Shown here: one piece after another, positions 35,232-48,494 of the stretch
Numbering within the stretch: the first letter of the stretch is position 1
How the letters are laid out: every line of letters starts with the position of its first letter
Source of the DNA: Octopus vulgaris
Lineage: Eukaryota
Assembly (NCBI GenBank): GCA_951406725.2
Contig: OX597822.1
Coordinates: 15,934,001 to 15,998,000 of the forward strand
Direction of reading: 5' to 3'
Length of the DNA stretch: 64,000 bases
The notes under the pieces: model-generated
Seen by the model: the letters and a program-made list of their open reading frames with translations, nothing else
What the model was told of the DNA's origin: nothing
Database searches by the model: none
Position numbers and translations under genes: made by a program

Positions 35232-38200
35232 CTTGCAATTAGTCACTGATAATCATACTTTTATAGATGTGTGTTTTTGTTTCTACATGTGTGTATGTGC
35301 GTGTGTGTGTATGCAAACACACACACCGACACATAAACACTCGCCCGCGCTCACCGACACTGTTATAAATACAATACATCTCAAAATCCTCATTTATAAT
35401 TCGCGTGGTCGTTTGATTACGAAAATCCGCCATGATCAAATAAATGAAAAATGAAAAAGGCATGTTGTTGCACATTGAAACACATACACTGTTACATACA
35501 CACATTAATAATGAAATATTCACAATTAATCGATTCAATTTTTTTTTATTGATTTCCATATCAAGATCATTTATTTATACCACATTGATCGTCTATAATG
35601 CTATCACTTCCGATTTTGTAATTGCATGACGAAAGCAAAAGAAGAAGCTCAGATACATGTTGCAAATTTGATTTTGCTTTTAGTGATTCAGACCGAAATA
35701 TATTGTGAATATTGCCAATGATGTCTGTATAGAAGTTTGGACTAAATTCATCGTGGCAGTTGCATACCTAACAAGATCAACTTTACCTTTCCTTCGCGGC
35801 TGGTTGACAAAATAAGAAACAGGCAGTGTGGACATACATTCACACACACACAGACAGAAGGCAGTGTGCAAACTTTACATGTTCTCTTCTGTTGGTTGAC
35901 AAAATAAACAGGCAGTTCCTATGAAGGATTTTATAGAATATTACCTGCTTCCATAATCTGAATGCATTTAAATTATCCTAAACGAAAATTAATTATGTGT
36001 TGTCTGAAAGTAGCACTGGACTTATTGGTAGACCTGTGGATTAATTAACTACGAACTATGACTCTACATACATTCTTAGTTCAGAACCAAGGAAGTCGAA
36101 TTCTTCCGTCATTTGCTGCGAGGCCTTCGTTTGCACAATCATCACAAAATCATCGAGGCTGGTTTATTCAATAAAACATTCTTCTAAACGATTAGTCTTG
36201 TCGCTCTCTTAGAATCTAATAATTTATACAGATCAATGACGTTTCCCGAATTGCAAACATGAATCTTTTGGTAAAGAAAAGATGTTTCTTTCCCTTACTT
36301 GAAACGCTTTCCCTTGAATAAGACGAGTGATGTCCAGTTATGCATGCAAGTAACATCACTTTACATTAACTTCTGAAATGCACGTCTTTTGTTCCATGGC
36401 CGCTCAGCCTACAAGAAGGAGTAAACCACTCGCAGAAATAGCGTTCCAATGGCTGCAACACTAAAAAGGAAAATGCATACCTTATTTTGTTGTCATACTC
36501 CTTATCCTACATGGACTAAACTTGTTACATAAAAAGCAATACCATTCATTGTCGAATGTTGCGCTAGAGTCGTTGGGTAAATACATTTATTCACCGATAT
36601 ATAAGTTGAAAACGTCTTGTATGAAAGTGGAATTGGACATCTTTAATTAAATCCTAAAAACTGGTTTGCATTGTTCCATGAGTTACTCGCTGTAAAGTAT
36701 TGGGCTAAACGTCAGCCAGCTTGTCTTAAATAATAGCAATTAAAATTGCAGAGCATAATTAGTAAATGACATCATATATTTCTTTAAAATTAGCAGCACT
36801 ATTCAATAGCTTAAATCAACAAGTATCGTTTATATAACTGCGTTGATTGGTCAGCTAGGAAAAGTAACCAAATATCTAACAAATGAAACCCAGCTGTCTT
36901 AAAGAAAAAGTGGAAGCGTGAAGAGAGGGACATCGTTCACCATAGGGCTACATTATGAGGCTCAGTTGCATAGATTGTGTACTGTAAGCCTTTGGTAAAG
37001 TTTCTTCTGTTAATAATAACTCTAAGGATGGGAAGATGAAAGTTGCCTTTAATCATAAGTTTACTCTATCAATTACAACTGTGAACAGCCAGCTAGAAAT
37101 TGAAGTCAAACATCTGTTTATTTTCACCATACTGTCTTAAGAGAAAGGGATGTCATATTAGCTAATGTACAATCAAAGTTTTCCTAATTGTGAGGGATAT
37201 TACTATATAAAATTGACATGAATGAAAACAATAATCAGCTTGTGTCCCTTTGTTTAACGAAATTAATTGTTTTGAATTAATCTCGAGTAACTTTTTATAT
37301 ATAATTTAAATGGAGCTACAATAGTTTGTCCGTAAAATTACTTAAGCTGTGATTTCACACTCAGGACCTCCTTTAGTCGCTCTTGGCTTATTTTTGTGTA
37401 TTTTGTGTTGGCCATAAAATTGCAGGTTTTGAATCTGAAGTAGTTTACATAATCAAATTAGTTGTCAAACAAGGGAGAGGGAGATGAGAGGAGAGAGAGT
37501 GTGTGAGAGAGAGAGAGAATATGAGAAGGAAAGAGGGAGAGAGAGAGAGACTAGAACTTACTGAAAAGCCAAATTTATGCAAGCGTTTTGCTGTTTGTGA
37601 ATCGTTCAGCTTCGAGTAATTTCTTGAGGGAATTTCACTTGCAATTTGTTATATTAATTTATTTTTAAAATGTGTATTTTAACGAATACTTCAATAATAC
37701 CTAAGCAACATTTCTGTTCAAACCTGAAACTTAATAATTTGTTTATTAGCATCATTCATTAACACATGAACACTTCGAATTAACAATTTTAAGGTGACAT
37801 AATGAACAGAGTATTCATAAAAATCATTATGTTCATATATTTTCTACAAAAGAGGGTTGAAGGGATGAAGGGGGTGGTGGAATATCATTAATGTTTCGAA
37901 AAGAAGGAGGCAAATATATGCATGTCAAAATTCAATAACGCTACATAATTCTAGGCGAAATATATTCATTAGAGATTCTGCATATAAATACACTGAAATC
38001 ATTGGGGAATAATAGGTATGGAAAATGATGCATAAATTAAGTGAAACCTTTGGAAAATTGCAAGAAATAATCCGATAATATAGATCTCCGGCTCACTGGA
38101 ATAAATAAATGATGAACATTGGAAATATACAGAGAATTTTAGTTGGTGGCCTAAAAAATAGGGAAAGAATGTTTAAATAATAATTAGAAAACATTAGAAG

Positions 38201-38834
38201 ATAATTGGAAAAAAATACAGGAAAATATCTAATTTTAAATTATATTTTTGCCACAAAAAGTCAGATTTCTAGCGAAGAAAGCATGGAAAGGTGGAGAAAA
38301 ATAGTACAACTCATCAAATTTCGAAAGTTTCCGTCATAAACAGAGAAGGTTAAGGATGATGCGCCGAAGATCATTTGGTGATTTGTTTGATTGGTGGACG
38401 TGTTGTTCTTTATGCAAGGCACAACCATTTTAAGTTTCTCCAGTGAAATATTAGCACGTATTGTAGCTTCGTTAAACTTGAGACGGCCAAGCATCCTTTT
38501 TTAGCGGGTTTCCTAAAAATAGGTACCTTAGAAACCGGGATAACGTCCTCCAAAATGAAACTGTAGATTCAAGGCTAGAAAAATATTCTTGAAATATTCT
38601 TGAAATATTCTGTATGGTTGGTGTAGGTGTTTGAGATCACATTGTTTTTTCACTACTAATGCCAGTGGAACGGTAATGTATGTGATATGATTTTTAAAAG
38701 GACGGTTGCAGGTAATTCTCTGCTATAACGAGTTGTTTTCAGTCCGGTCACACTGTTCGTCACATTGGACATCACTCTACTTCCCGGTGGAAGTCGGCTA
38801 CTGGAACTTGCGCATAAGTTCGCCTTATAGTGTT

Positions 38835-39210
38835 ACTCTTTTACTTGTTTCATTCATTTGACTGCGGCCATGCTGGGCACCGCCTTTAGCCGAGCAAATC
38901 GACCCCAGGACTTAATCTTTGTAAGCCTAGTACTTATTTTATCGGTATCTTTTGCCGAACCGCTAAGCTACGGGGACGTAAACACCCCACCATCGGTTGT
39001 CAAGTGATGTTGCGGGGACAAACACAGATACACAAACACACACACATATATATACATATATTATATACGACGGGCTTCTTTCAGTTTCCGTCTACCAAAT
39101 TCACTCACAAGGCTATAGTAGAAGACAATTGCCCAAGGTGCCACGAAGTGGGACTGAACCCGTAACCATGTGGTTGGTAAGCAAGCTACTTACCACACAG
39201 CCACTCCTGC
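38835..39210 (-). mobile_element. SINE family A
   Basis: Near-identical to the 3101 copy, with a short internal microsatellite. Confidence 0.92.
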
Positions 39211-39875
39211 TATGTGTATATATATGTATATAAACAATGCCACTGGTTAAAGCAAAATGATGTCCAAAAGGTTAATGCGTAACATAGTCATTAACAAATA
39301 ACTATTATTATGAAAATAAGTATTTGGCTGAAAGCAATACAGGAGGTAATAAAGTCAACAATCTCTTGAAAATGCCTTGGTGTGTCTAAGCTGAAGAAGT
39401 GCTCGCTGGCAGTGGGAACAACATTGGCATATAGACAGTACTTATCAAACCTTTGAAAAAACAGAAGTTATGTGACATAGATTTCTAACCAGGAAGTACC
39501 ATACCAACTCTTCATATCCACTTGTGGTCTTGGATATAGAATTCGTGAAATAGTTATAATCCAACGAAGCAAATCCAGAAGTTTACTCTTTGGTTGAATT
39601 GCAGTGGAATTACCTACGCTAATTAATCCTAGCCCTTACAACCAAATGCAGTTAATCTGAATTTGGATTATAACCGAGTGCTCGTACTCGACGAAATAAT
39701 AAGCATTATCGACCACACATATGTAACGTGTATGCCTCGTGTATTTGTGTACATCACTTTTAGGAGTTTTAAGATTCGGCGCTTTGAGAGTGAATTCTTC
39801 ACCTCGCTATTGCAGCCTAGCGAAAAATACGCAGTACGCGTACGTTAAGTATGTGTGCTTGATAAAACACACACG

Positions 39876-39922
<47 letters not shown>

Positions 39923-40804
39923 AAACACACAAACACACACGCACATACGTTATGTGCAGTGTGTGTTTTTATATAGCACACACTCGAACGCCACGCATAC
40001 ACATACCAATATATACAAAAAGAAAGATTGACAGACAGCTAGAGAGATAGATACATACATACATACATACATACATACATACATACATACATACATACAT
40101 TCCTACATACATATATACATATATATACATACATACACACATACGTACACACATACATACATAAACGTGAGAGTCTGTGTTATTTCGTTCGTTGTTTAAA
40201 GAAATACACACACAAACGGTATTATATCATTTTATGACACACTGTGAATACATATGATTTTGTTTTATCCCACAGTAAATCAACGTATTTTAGCCATTAT
40301 AATGGTTTTGTGTCTTGGCCTGTCTGCAATAAACACTCGGAATTTGCATTAGTACACGAAATCTGTAAATTTAGCTGACACGGCTTTTATTCAATTATAT
40401 ATTTGTGTTCTTCTCGTTTTCCTTTCGTAAGTCAAGTCAACAAAAGCAATCTTTTCTTCTCACTTTTGCAGACAAGGTACTGTATAAGTCAATTTCTCGT
40501 AGATTTCGACTGTTAACTCAGTTGTTTGAAAAGTAAATGTGTCCATATTTAAAGGTAGTTCTAGAAATATAGCAAACTGGAAGTGACATTGAATGAAGGA
40601 AGAGTAAAATTTTACTCAAAATCCTTTTCCTAACACATTCCTTTCTTATTAAATACAATTATAACCGTATGTTATCGTTAGATAGAAACAAATTTTAGTT
40701 TCTTTTAAAATCCATTAGAGACAAATATCCCGAGGAATTACATGCAAGAATATTTAAACGCACACAAACACATACACACACAGACACACGCACATACACG
40801 CACA

Positions 40805-40839
<35 letters not shown>

Positions 40840-42075
40840 TCACATATACACAAACATACATATATATGAACATATAACTACATGTATAGATATATTTAAA
40901 TATATGTATATGTGTGTGTGAGAGAGAGAGAGAGAGACAGACAGACAGTGTGTGTGTGCGTTTGCATGTGTGTGTGTAATTGAGTGATTTGATATTTCTC
41001 AAATAAAAAGAGAACACTTTCCATACGATGTTTACCAAAGAGCTTAATGTATAGTTATATGAACTTAAAGAATTTATAACCATAATATAAAATAATGCAA
41101 GATAAAGAGGCACGTATAAACTAAATCGGTTATGTATGTATGTGTGTGTGTTTGTGTGTATGAGTATGTAGAGAGAGAGAGAGAGAGAGAGAAAGGGATC
41201 TGTGTATCTGTATGTAGTAACTCAAGTAACATTAGAGTAAAAACCGATCTGAAAATTGTCTTTGGAATCAACCACAACGATTGTGCCGGTTCAAAAGTCT
41301 CTCTTCGTAAGGCTCAGATGAGAAGAGGAATTTTCAGCATGAGAGAAGATCAGATTAGAGGGAGAAACACAGAAAGAGGCGGGCGGGGTGGGGGATAAAT
41401 ATTTAAAACACATGACTCACTTGGATCATAAGTTTGTTGTATTAATTTTACACTGAGTTTCATGACTGTCTGCTGGGTCTTTCCTCATCGAAAAAATCGC
41501 GGCCAAATACTCCTCAAAGCGTTTTCAAATGAATCACTGAAGATAATGGGTCACGAAAGTGGACAAGATGAGGACTGGAATACATTTTGCAGTGGGCCTA
41601 CTTCAAACAGCTGATATATTGATAAAAACAACGGATTATTCTCAAAGTGTCTATTCATTTCAGAAAAACTAATTTCTCTTCATGGTTTCATATCATAGTT
41701 TTCTCATATTCGCTTATAAGATAAGACGTTTGATTATAACTAAATAAAATTCACATATTTTATGCTAGAAACCAGAAGTGTTTTAAAGTAGACGTAGGTT
41801 TTACTCCGAAAGAAAAACGTTTTGAAGTTGACTTTTTTTATTTGCACACTACACAACACATTCTCGAGGAAATCTGCCATCATGCATATTGCACATCTTT
41901 CCTGATGATTCACACATTTTACGAATATCTAGCAATATACTTTTAATCCTTCTTTTAAGAAAACATGCTGTAATCTGAAGGCCATTTGTCTCTTACTTCC
42001 ATCATGAGAATGAATATGTCTCTTAGATACATAAATTTGTGAATTACATGTTGATTACAATATACGTTCAATCTT

Positions 42076-42320
42076 GGAGAAATGCGTGGCTTAATGGCAA
42101 AAGTGCTACACTGACGATCGGAAGATTGTATTTTCGATGCCTGGACTGGGTGATGCGTGGTGTTCGTTTCATGTTGTCCCGGTCCACTGAACTGGCTAAA
42201 ATGAGTTATCCTGCGACGAACAGGTGTCTCATCCAATGGAGGGGGATATATATATATATATGCCACAGAATCCGGCAAATTGCCGTTTTGAACCTATAGT
42301 CCGGAAGGACATTTGATCCT
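42076..42320 (+). mobile_element. tRNA-derived SINE with Meta-domain-like body
   Basis: GTGGCTTAATGG A box, then CCTGCGACGAACAGGTGTCTCATCCAATGGAGGGG...TGCCACAGAATCCGG, resembling the MetaSINE core CCTGCGATGGACTAGCATCCCATCCAGGGG...TACAGAAACCGG (recalled). Confidence 0.6.
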
Positions 42321-42454
42321 TCTTTTATCTTTTAATATGCTGGAAAAGAATCTGTGAAGAACTCACTTCAATAAAAATAGTTATAGACGGTTGGTCAGTT
42401 CTTTCCATTTTAGTATTATCCAATTTAATGTATCAATGTCACTTGTGAATAAAT

Positions 42455-42652
42455 CTGGTAGAATAGTTAGCAAGCCAGGCTTAGCAGCATTTCGTCCGTC
42501 CTTATGTCTTGAACTCAAATTTTACTGAGGTTGACTTTGTGGTTCATCTTTCGAAGTCGATAAAATAAGTACCACTAAAGCACTGGCTTTGGTGTAATCG
42601 ACTTTGCCCCGTCCTTAAAATTGTTGGCCTTGTCTCAAAATTTGAAACCAAT
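42455..42652 (+). mobile_element. SINE family B, degenerate
   Basis: ATTTCGTCCGTC...GAGGTTGACTTTG...GTCGATAAAATAAGTACCA...TAATCGACT. Confidence 0.75.
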
Positions 42653-44189
42653 ATTCCTCTTACGATAACCGTAGCAAGAAAATAAACACAAGCCCCGAAA
42701 AACAAGGTCGGCTTTCGTTTCCATTTGTATCTATTTCCTCCATTCGTGCCTGAAGCGTAATTCTTACAAGCATATACCGACCCACACATATTTATTTGAT
42801 TTTGGTCATATACTTGATATTGAGACTTATATTTTTATCTAATTTTATGAAGGACTTCTTAGGATGATAAACTACTTTTTAAAGAAAATAGCAGGAAAAT
42901 AAGACATTTAGATATTGATACTGTCAGAATTTCATTGTGTCATGTTGTGTAAACATTCTATTTAATCGATTTCGCAGCAACTTGTTATTTTTATTGTTTA
43001 ATGTAGCATGTATAAACTCCCATATTATCTTTATCGCTTATTAATTATTCTATGCTTCGTCACATCTTTGTTTCCTCGCCATTAAATGATATTTTACTCT
43101 GCATTGGTTTTTACAACGCTTCCGCTAACATTTCTTGCTTGACTTGGTTTATTTACTTCTGAACTTGATATGTCACTTAGCAATTTTACAGCCACTTTAT
43201 GTTGGAACTCGTCTTAGTTTTATAAGTGTTGCACTTTGTAAGATATTTACACTAAAACCTTTAAGTATTTTAGAATTTTTCATACAAGTGGTGAGTGCTA
43301 TAAACTACAGAGTAACTCTCAGAGAACAGTGTGTACGTCAATTTGTCCCTTTTGATTCCTCGCAGCTATTTCACCAACATCGTTTAATTACCGGCCTTTA
43401 AAAGAAATGCACACCACTGTACGAAAATACGACTCAGTTCATATGTAACCTAAGACTTTTGGTTATTTGTATGTTTGACTATTAAATATTGACTCCGTCA
43501 AATAGCATTAGGTGCCGTTCTTAAGAATCACGATGTGTCGCATGATTTCTTTTTCCTTTTTCCTACGTTGCGCTAAAGTGAACCATTTCTTTTTAATGCT
43601 TACTGACCTGCTTTTAGTGACAAACAACAGGTCTGTATTCCAACATTATCATGTAGAATATAATAAAACATATCGAATTCGATTTTCTTAAAATTTTGAA
43701 ACGTTGCAGAAATTTAACTAATTGTAATTGATAAAGAATATTTTTAGTAAAACAACATATATGAATCGATTTCTGATTAACATAATATCAATTCTAAGGC
43801 ATGTACTTATGCGTACATAAATACATATACATACATACATACACACACATGTATACACTGTACATATATATCTATATAAACATATATATATATATATATA
43901 TATACATATTGTGTGAGAGCGCCAGTGTGTGTGTCAATGTGCCTCTGTGTGTGTCTATGTTGGTGTGTGTGGGTGTGTAAAACTCTTTCCATTTTTTAGT
44001 TCCTTCCTACACTCATAGAAGTTCTTTGAATTGCTCAACCAACTAGTTTTTATAAGTATTCTAACGAACATAATTTCTCGGACATAGCGAAATTTGGTTA
44101 TGAAAAATATTGAATTTAGTTATTCTACTTACAAAATATTCTAGCAGTCATTCTCTTCCTATCGTAAGTGCAAACACGTTGTTCGGGCA

Positions 44190-44241
<52 letters not shown>

Positions 44242-44300
44242 CCACTAAGTGAATATCCATTATGTCAGAAGCAGATCCGCTATGGACCTGCTTCTAGCAT

Positions 44301-44487
44301 AAGGCAGCGAGCTGGCAGAAACGTTAGCATGTCAGGCGAAATGCCTAGCGGTATTTCGTCTGTCGCTACATTCTGAGTTCAAATTCCGCCGCGGTCGGCT
44401 TTGCCTTTCATCCTTTTGGGTCGATATAATCGACTTAATCCGTTTGTCTGTCCTTGTTTGTCCCCTCTTGTGGGATGTAAAGAAATA
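44301..44487 (+). mobile_element. SINE family B
   Basis: AAGGCAGCGAGCTGGCAGAAACGTTAG...TAAAGAAATA. Flanking repeat AGAAG(C/A)AGATCCGCTAT at 44267-44283 and 44488-44504. Confidence 0.9.
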
Positions 44488-44599
44488 AGAAGAAGATCCG
44501 CTATTGTCATACCACGAAGAAAAGAATGCTCTCAATAAAATTTAGCAAACGCCAGAACGTAAGCGAGCAAGACAAATGAAACGAAACAAAATATAGATT

Positions 44600-44660
44600 A
44601 ATCACAAACCCATTTCGCTATTACCACTTCCGTAATTCTCCGTAGCTCATCAGTATGATC
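44600..44660 (-). ncRNA. Type I hammerhead ribozyme motif
   Basis: Minus strand: GATCATA-CTGATGA-GCTA...TAGC-GAAA-TGGG-TT-TGTGATT. Canonical core, 7-bp stem I (two G-U), 4-bp stem II and a weak helix III. Confidence 0.65.
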
Positions 44661-45879
44661 GCCTTTGCAAATATAATATGGAGAACTATACATACAGAAC
44701 TATACACGCAGAACTATATATACAGAGTAGTAAAATGTATTAAATTCAAAATTTATTAAGTAAAGGCAAGAATTGGAAGATATACATTTCTGTTATGAAG
44801 ATTAACGTATTTATAACTTCCATTGACATATAATCTGTTTTTAGGATATCTGGAAGAGAATTACTCGCATCGGCATGAACGCTTTTAGAATTCATATATA
44901 AATAATTGAATTTATGGAACCGAGCAATCTCTGATCAACCAATAAAAGTTGTTTAAACTATGAAGAAAAATAGTTCTATTGCGAGAATTAGTTACAATCA
45001 AAAGCCATTTGGATATTACGGCAAACTAGAACATTGAGCCGTGCTACAATACATCCATGGCGGCCCTTCTTGAAATTTGATAAAATGTTATTACATTTTG
45101 TATCTAATTGTTACATGGCTTCTTACGTAAGGATAACTGTTTATATGATACACTAACTGCGGATATCCTATGCAACGTATTTTAAACATATTTACGATTT
45201 CAGAAATTTAATTACAATCGTTTAGAAAATGCTTTAAAATGTGACTTTGTAGAGCTTGTCAGTGTATATAGTTTGTGATGTATGTAACGAACTTGATATA
45301 TTATGCAGTGAAATATCTGTAAAGTTCATTTGTTGATTGGTAAATCATTGATATATATTAATTGCCTGGTGTGTATTTCAAAAAGAAAGATGATTAAACT
45401 TAGCTCTATAATTCGTAATGCTGTATACAGAACCGGTAAATAAAAACAAAACATGGTTCTTAACCAAAGTAGCAGCTCCATCTTAGGAGATTTTGGCCTT
45501 TAAATGGAGCAGCTAATTAAAAGGGATGCTTTGGGGAGCGCTAGATATTTTGAGGGAAGCGTCGTTATTTTTGTTTCGAATAAAAATATTTAAACGAAGT
45601 ACAATGCTTATGTCTTTTCTAAAAGTCTTCGTTATGGATTAGAATGTGTCGGTCATTGTGTTGTCAATGTGCAGATATATAACTGATAATCCATCGAGGA
45701 CAAATATAACTTCAACACCCAAGCTCCCGCCTTCTTCACTACTAACTATGAACATTTATCAAAGGAGATATTACTGCATGCGAATATCGAAAATTGGGAA
45801 AATGCCAAATTGGAAGTATAAGGAAATCTCTCCAATAGGAGAAGTCAGCTACTGTTTACTTACAATTATCTGCTGTATT

Positions 45880-45894
45880 ATGATTATGATTATG

Positions 45895-45944
<50 letters not shown>

Positions 45945-45960
45945 CATTATTATTATTATT
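45880..45960. repeat. (ATT)n microsatellite
   Basis: Direct reading. Confidence 0.95.
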
Positions 45961-46447
45961 TCTTGCCAAACATTGGATGGAGATTTTGCAAGATCTTGTC
46001 GGGTGAAGGAGAACATTTATTTACAAAGCTCGAGAACAATTCTATTAAATAATGTTTTAAAAGTATGTCAAAGTCTGTTCAATTATATGCATGTCAAACT
46101 ATACCTGCAGTTAGTATGCGGTGAATATTTGTTGTATTAAAGAAACTAATATCAAAACTTATAAACTTATATTTCCACAAAAAAAAGGAATATATTAAAT
46201 TCAATAAATATGTTAAAAGAGAGAGTGTTATATTGAAATATATTGTAAAATAAATAAAGCTGTGCAACGTGTCTTCCGGAAATATCAAATGAAAATTAAT
46301 TGTTAAACATTCCACGGTAACACAGCAGGAGAGAAACAAATAAAATATTTTCTGTAGCTTCAATTACTTTTCCTTAGCATACAGAAAGCGACTTGGAGCA
46401 ATTAAAACTATAGCTTCATACAGTAATTATAATGATAATAATGGTAA

Positions 46448-46460
46448 CGACGACGACGAC

Positions 46461-46544
<84 letters not shown>
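46448..46544. repeat. (GAC)n(GAT)n microsatellite
   Basis: Direct reading. Confidence 0.95.
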
Positions 46545-47397
46545 ATAGGTAATTAATAAACACATAACACTTGGTTCGAAAGGAGTTGAAGTTTAATTAT
46601 TGCCATTAAATTCCGTAGAAATTTTCTCAAATTGAAAACGTCGACATAAAACTAGAATAGTAAAAGAAATTTTGTATAATAAATATTTTAGTTACTGGAG
46701 AAGATTTAGATTTCGGAAGTGATAACGGCTAAAATTTAAAATTATATACTTCGCTATTTCGCTGCCACTCGTTACGACGTCGCTGCCCTTGAATGAAACG
46801 ATTTAAAATACTGATAATGTCACTTGCTTATTGTTCATTGTTGTTGGTCTCGATACACTGAACAGCTTTGTTCTTCTTTGTCATTTATAATTAACTTCAT
46901 TAAAACTGCAAACTTTTCCTCTTTGTGGCGTTGCGTGTAAATTATACTCTTCGTTATTCATTATGCAGTATGATAAAAACGAGGCGATATTTAACAATAG
47001 TATCTTTTATTTGATCAATGCATGACACATCTATTGTAAAAGAATACAAAATAAAGCTCCAATATTATTGTTGTTTCAAGTATTAAACATCGTCCTTATA
47101 TAAAACAATAAGGAGGTTTTCAGACTTTTATTATGTGCAGTTAGAATATTCAGAATTTTCTCTTACAAATATCCGGCGTTAGATTTGCTAAAATTAGAAA
47201 CACGGCATAAAAGATAAATATTGTAAATGATGTTAATTTTAAATTTATGTAAATCTGTCATTTAGTCCATTCATTAAAGCCCATGATCTTTTACAACGCC
47301 GTGAGCTTTCGAATGGGATGCTAGTATTCAACATGCTATAATAAAATGTTAGTTTTGGAAAGAGTTTAGACTGTGTTTTCAGATAAAATTAGCAATA

Positions 47398-47591
47398 GTT
47401 TAAAATCTTGGTACAAGGCCAGCAATTTCGAAAATGGGGTAAGATTATTACCTCAACCACTGTGCTCAACTGGTACTATTTTAACGACCCTGATAGGGTG
47501 AGATACAAAGTCAACCTCGGCGGAATTGAACGTAAAGACGGATGAAATGCTGCTAAGATTTCTGCCCGGTGTGCTAGCGACTGTGCCAGCA
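47398..47591 (-). mobile_element. SINE family B, degenerate
   Basis: CAAAGTCAACCTCGGCGGAATT...GACGGATGAAATGC...GCTAGCGACTGTGCCAGC is the reverse of family B. Confidence 0.75.
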
Positions 47592-48494
47592 TTGAGCAAT
47601 ATATAGAGATGAAGAATTAATGTTGCGATAAACTTCTCTCTCTTTAGCATGGAATATATTGAAATGCTGGGACCAGGACCAATATTAATTGAGAGAGGTA
47701 AGTTTTTATAACATAGCGATAATGAGTTTTCATAGAAAAAACCCCAGAAAAGCATCTATTATCGAAAAGAATTTAGCAATATTACCGTTTTTATCATTTG
47801 ATACTGACATTTGAATACCGAAAGGTAAGTAGCCGAGACGTAGTAATAGGTGTGATATATTAGCACTTAGCATAAACATCAAATCAGGATTTGAATCTGG
47901 CAAGTGAGAAAGGCGAAAACATTCTCTCTTTATACACAGCTATAACAATGATAAAGATCAAAGCTAGTGCGCGAAACTGAACTGATAGCATTCTTAAACG
48001 TTACATGTAACTTCATTGGCCCACGAATTTCATATCTCTTCGCAACTAGAGTATTCTATTTTACCACTGAGCGGCTTGATCACATGACATCGCTACACAA
48101 GACTTTATCAGATCTCATACTAACCGTTCCGTGTATTACTTGCTATCTAGAAGTCTCTTCCCAATAATGCGCCTTACAGGCCAGTTTTCTTGCACTTCTA
48201 TTTATGAGGAACAGCATATGCGTACACATCTCTGGTGTCTGCGTCACGGGCACGGCGCCTTTCAACGGGCTTTATATTTTATTAAAAACACATTTACCTG
48301 TATTGGACTGGATCAATGGGTTTGAATATCTTGAAGATGAAGATAATTAGAAACCATAATTGAATATAAATTCTCCCATTTTCCTGAAGATGTTTCAATA
48401 TCTGTAGATCAAGTGATTGATTTTAGTTGCTAGATAATATATGATTTAAATCGATATACAAATAGGGATTTGAGATCTTGTTAAAGACTAGATA

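Noticed and set aside
40450-40482. Polypyrimidine-TTGCAG-ACAAG-GTACTG possible microexon
   Set aside because: Weak donor, 5-nt length and no host gene evidence.
41376-41396. GC-box-like GGCGGGCGGGGTGGGG promoter element
   Set aside because: A single motif with no associated gene.
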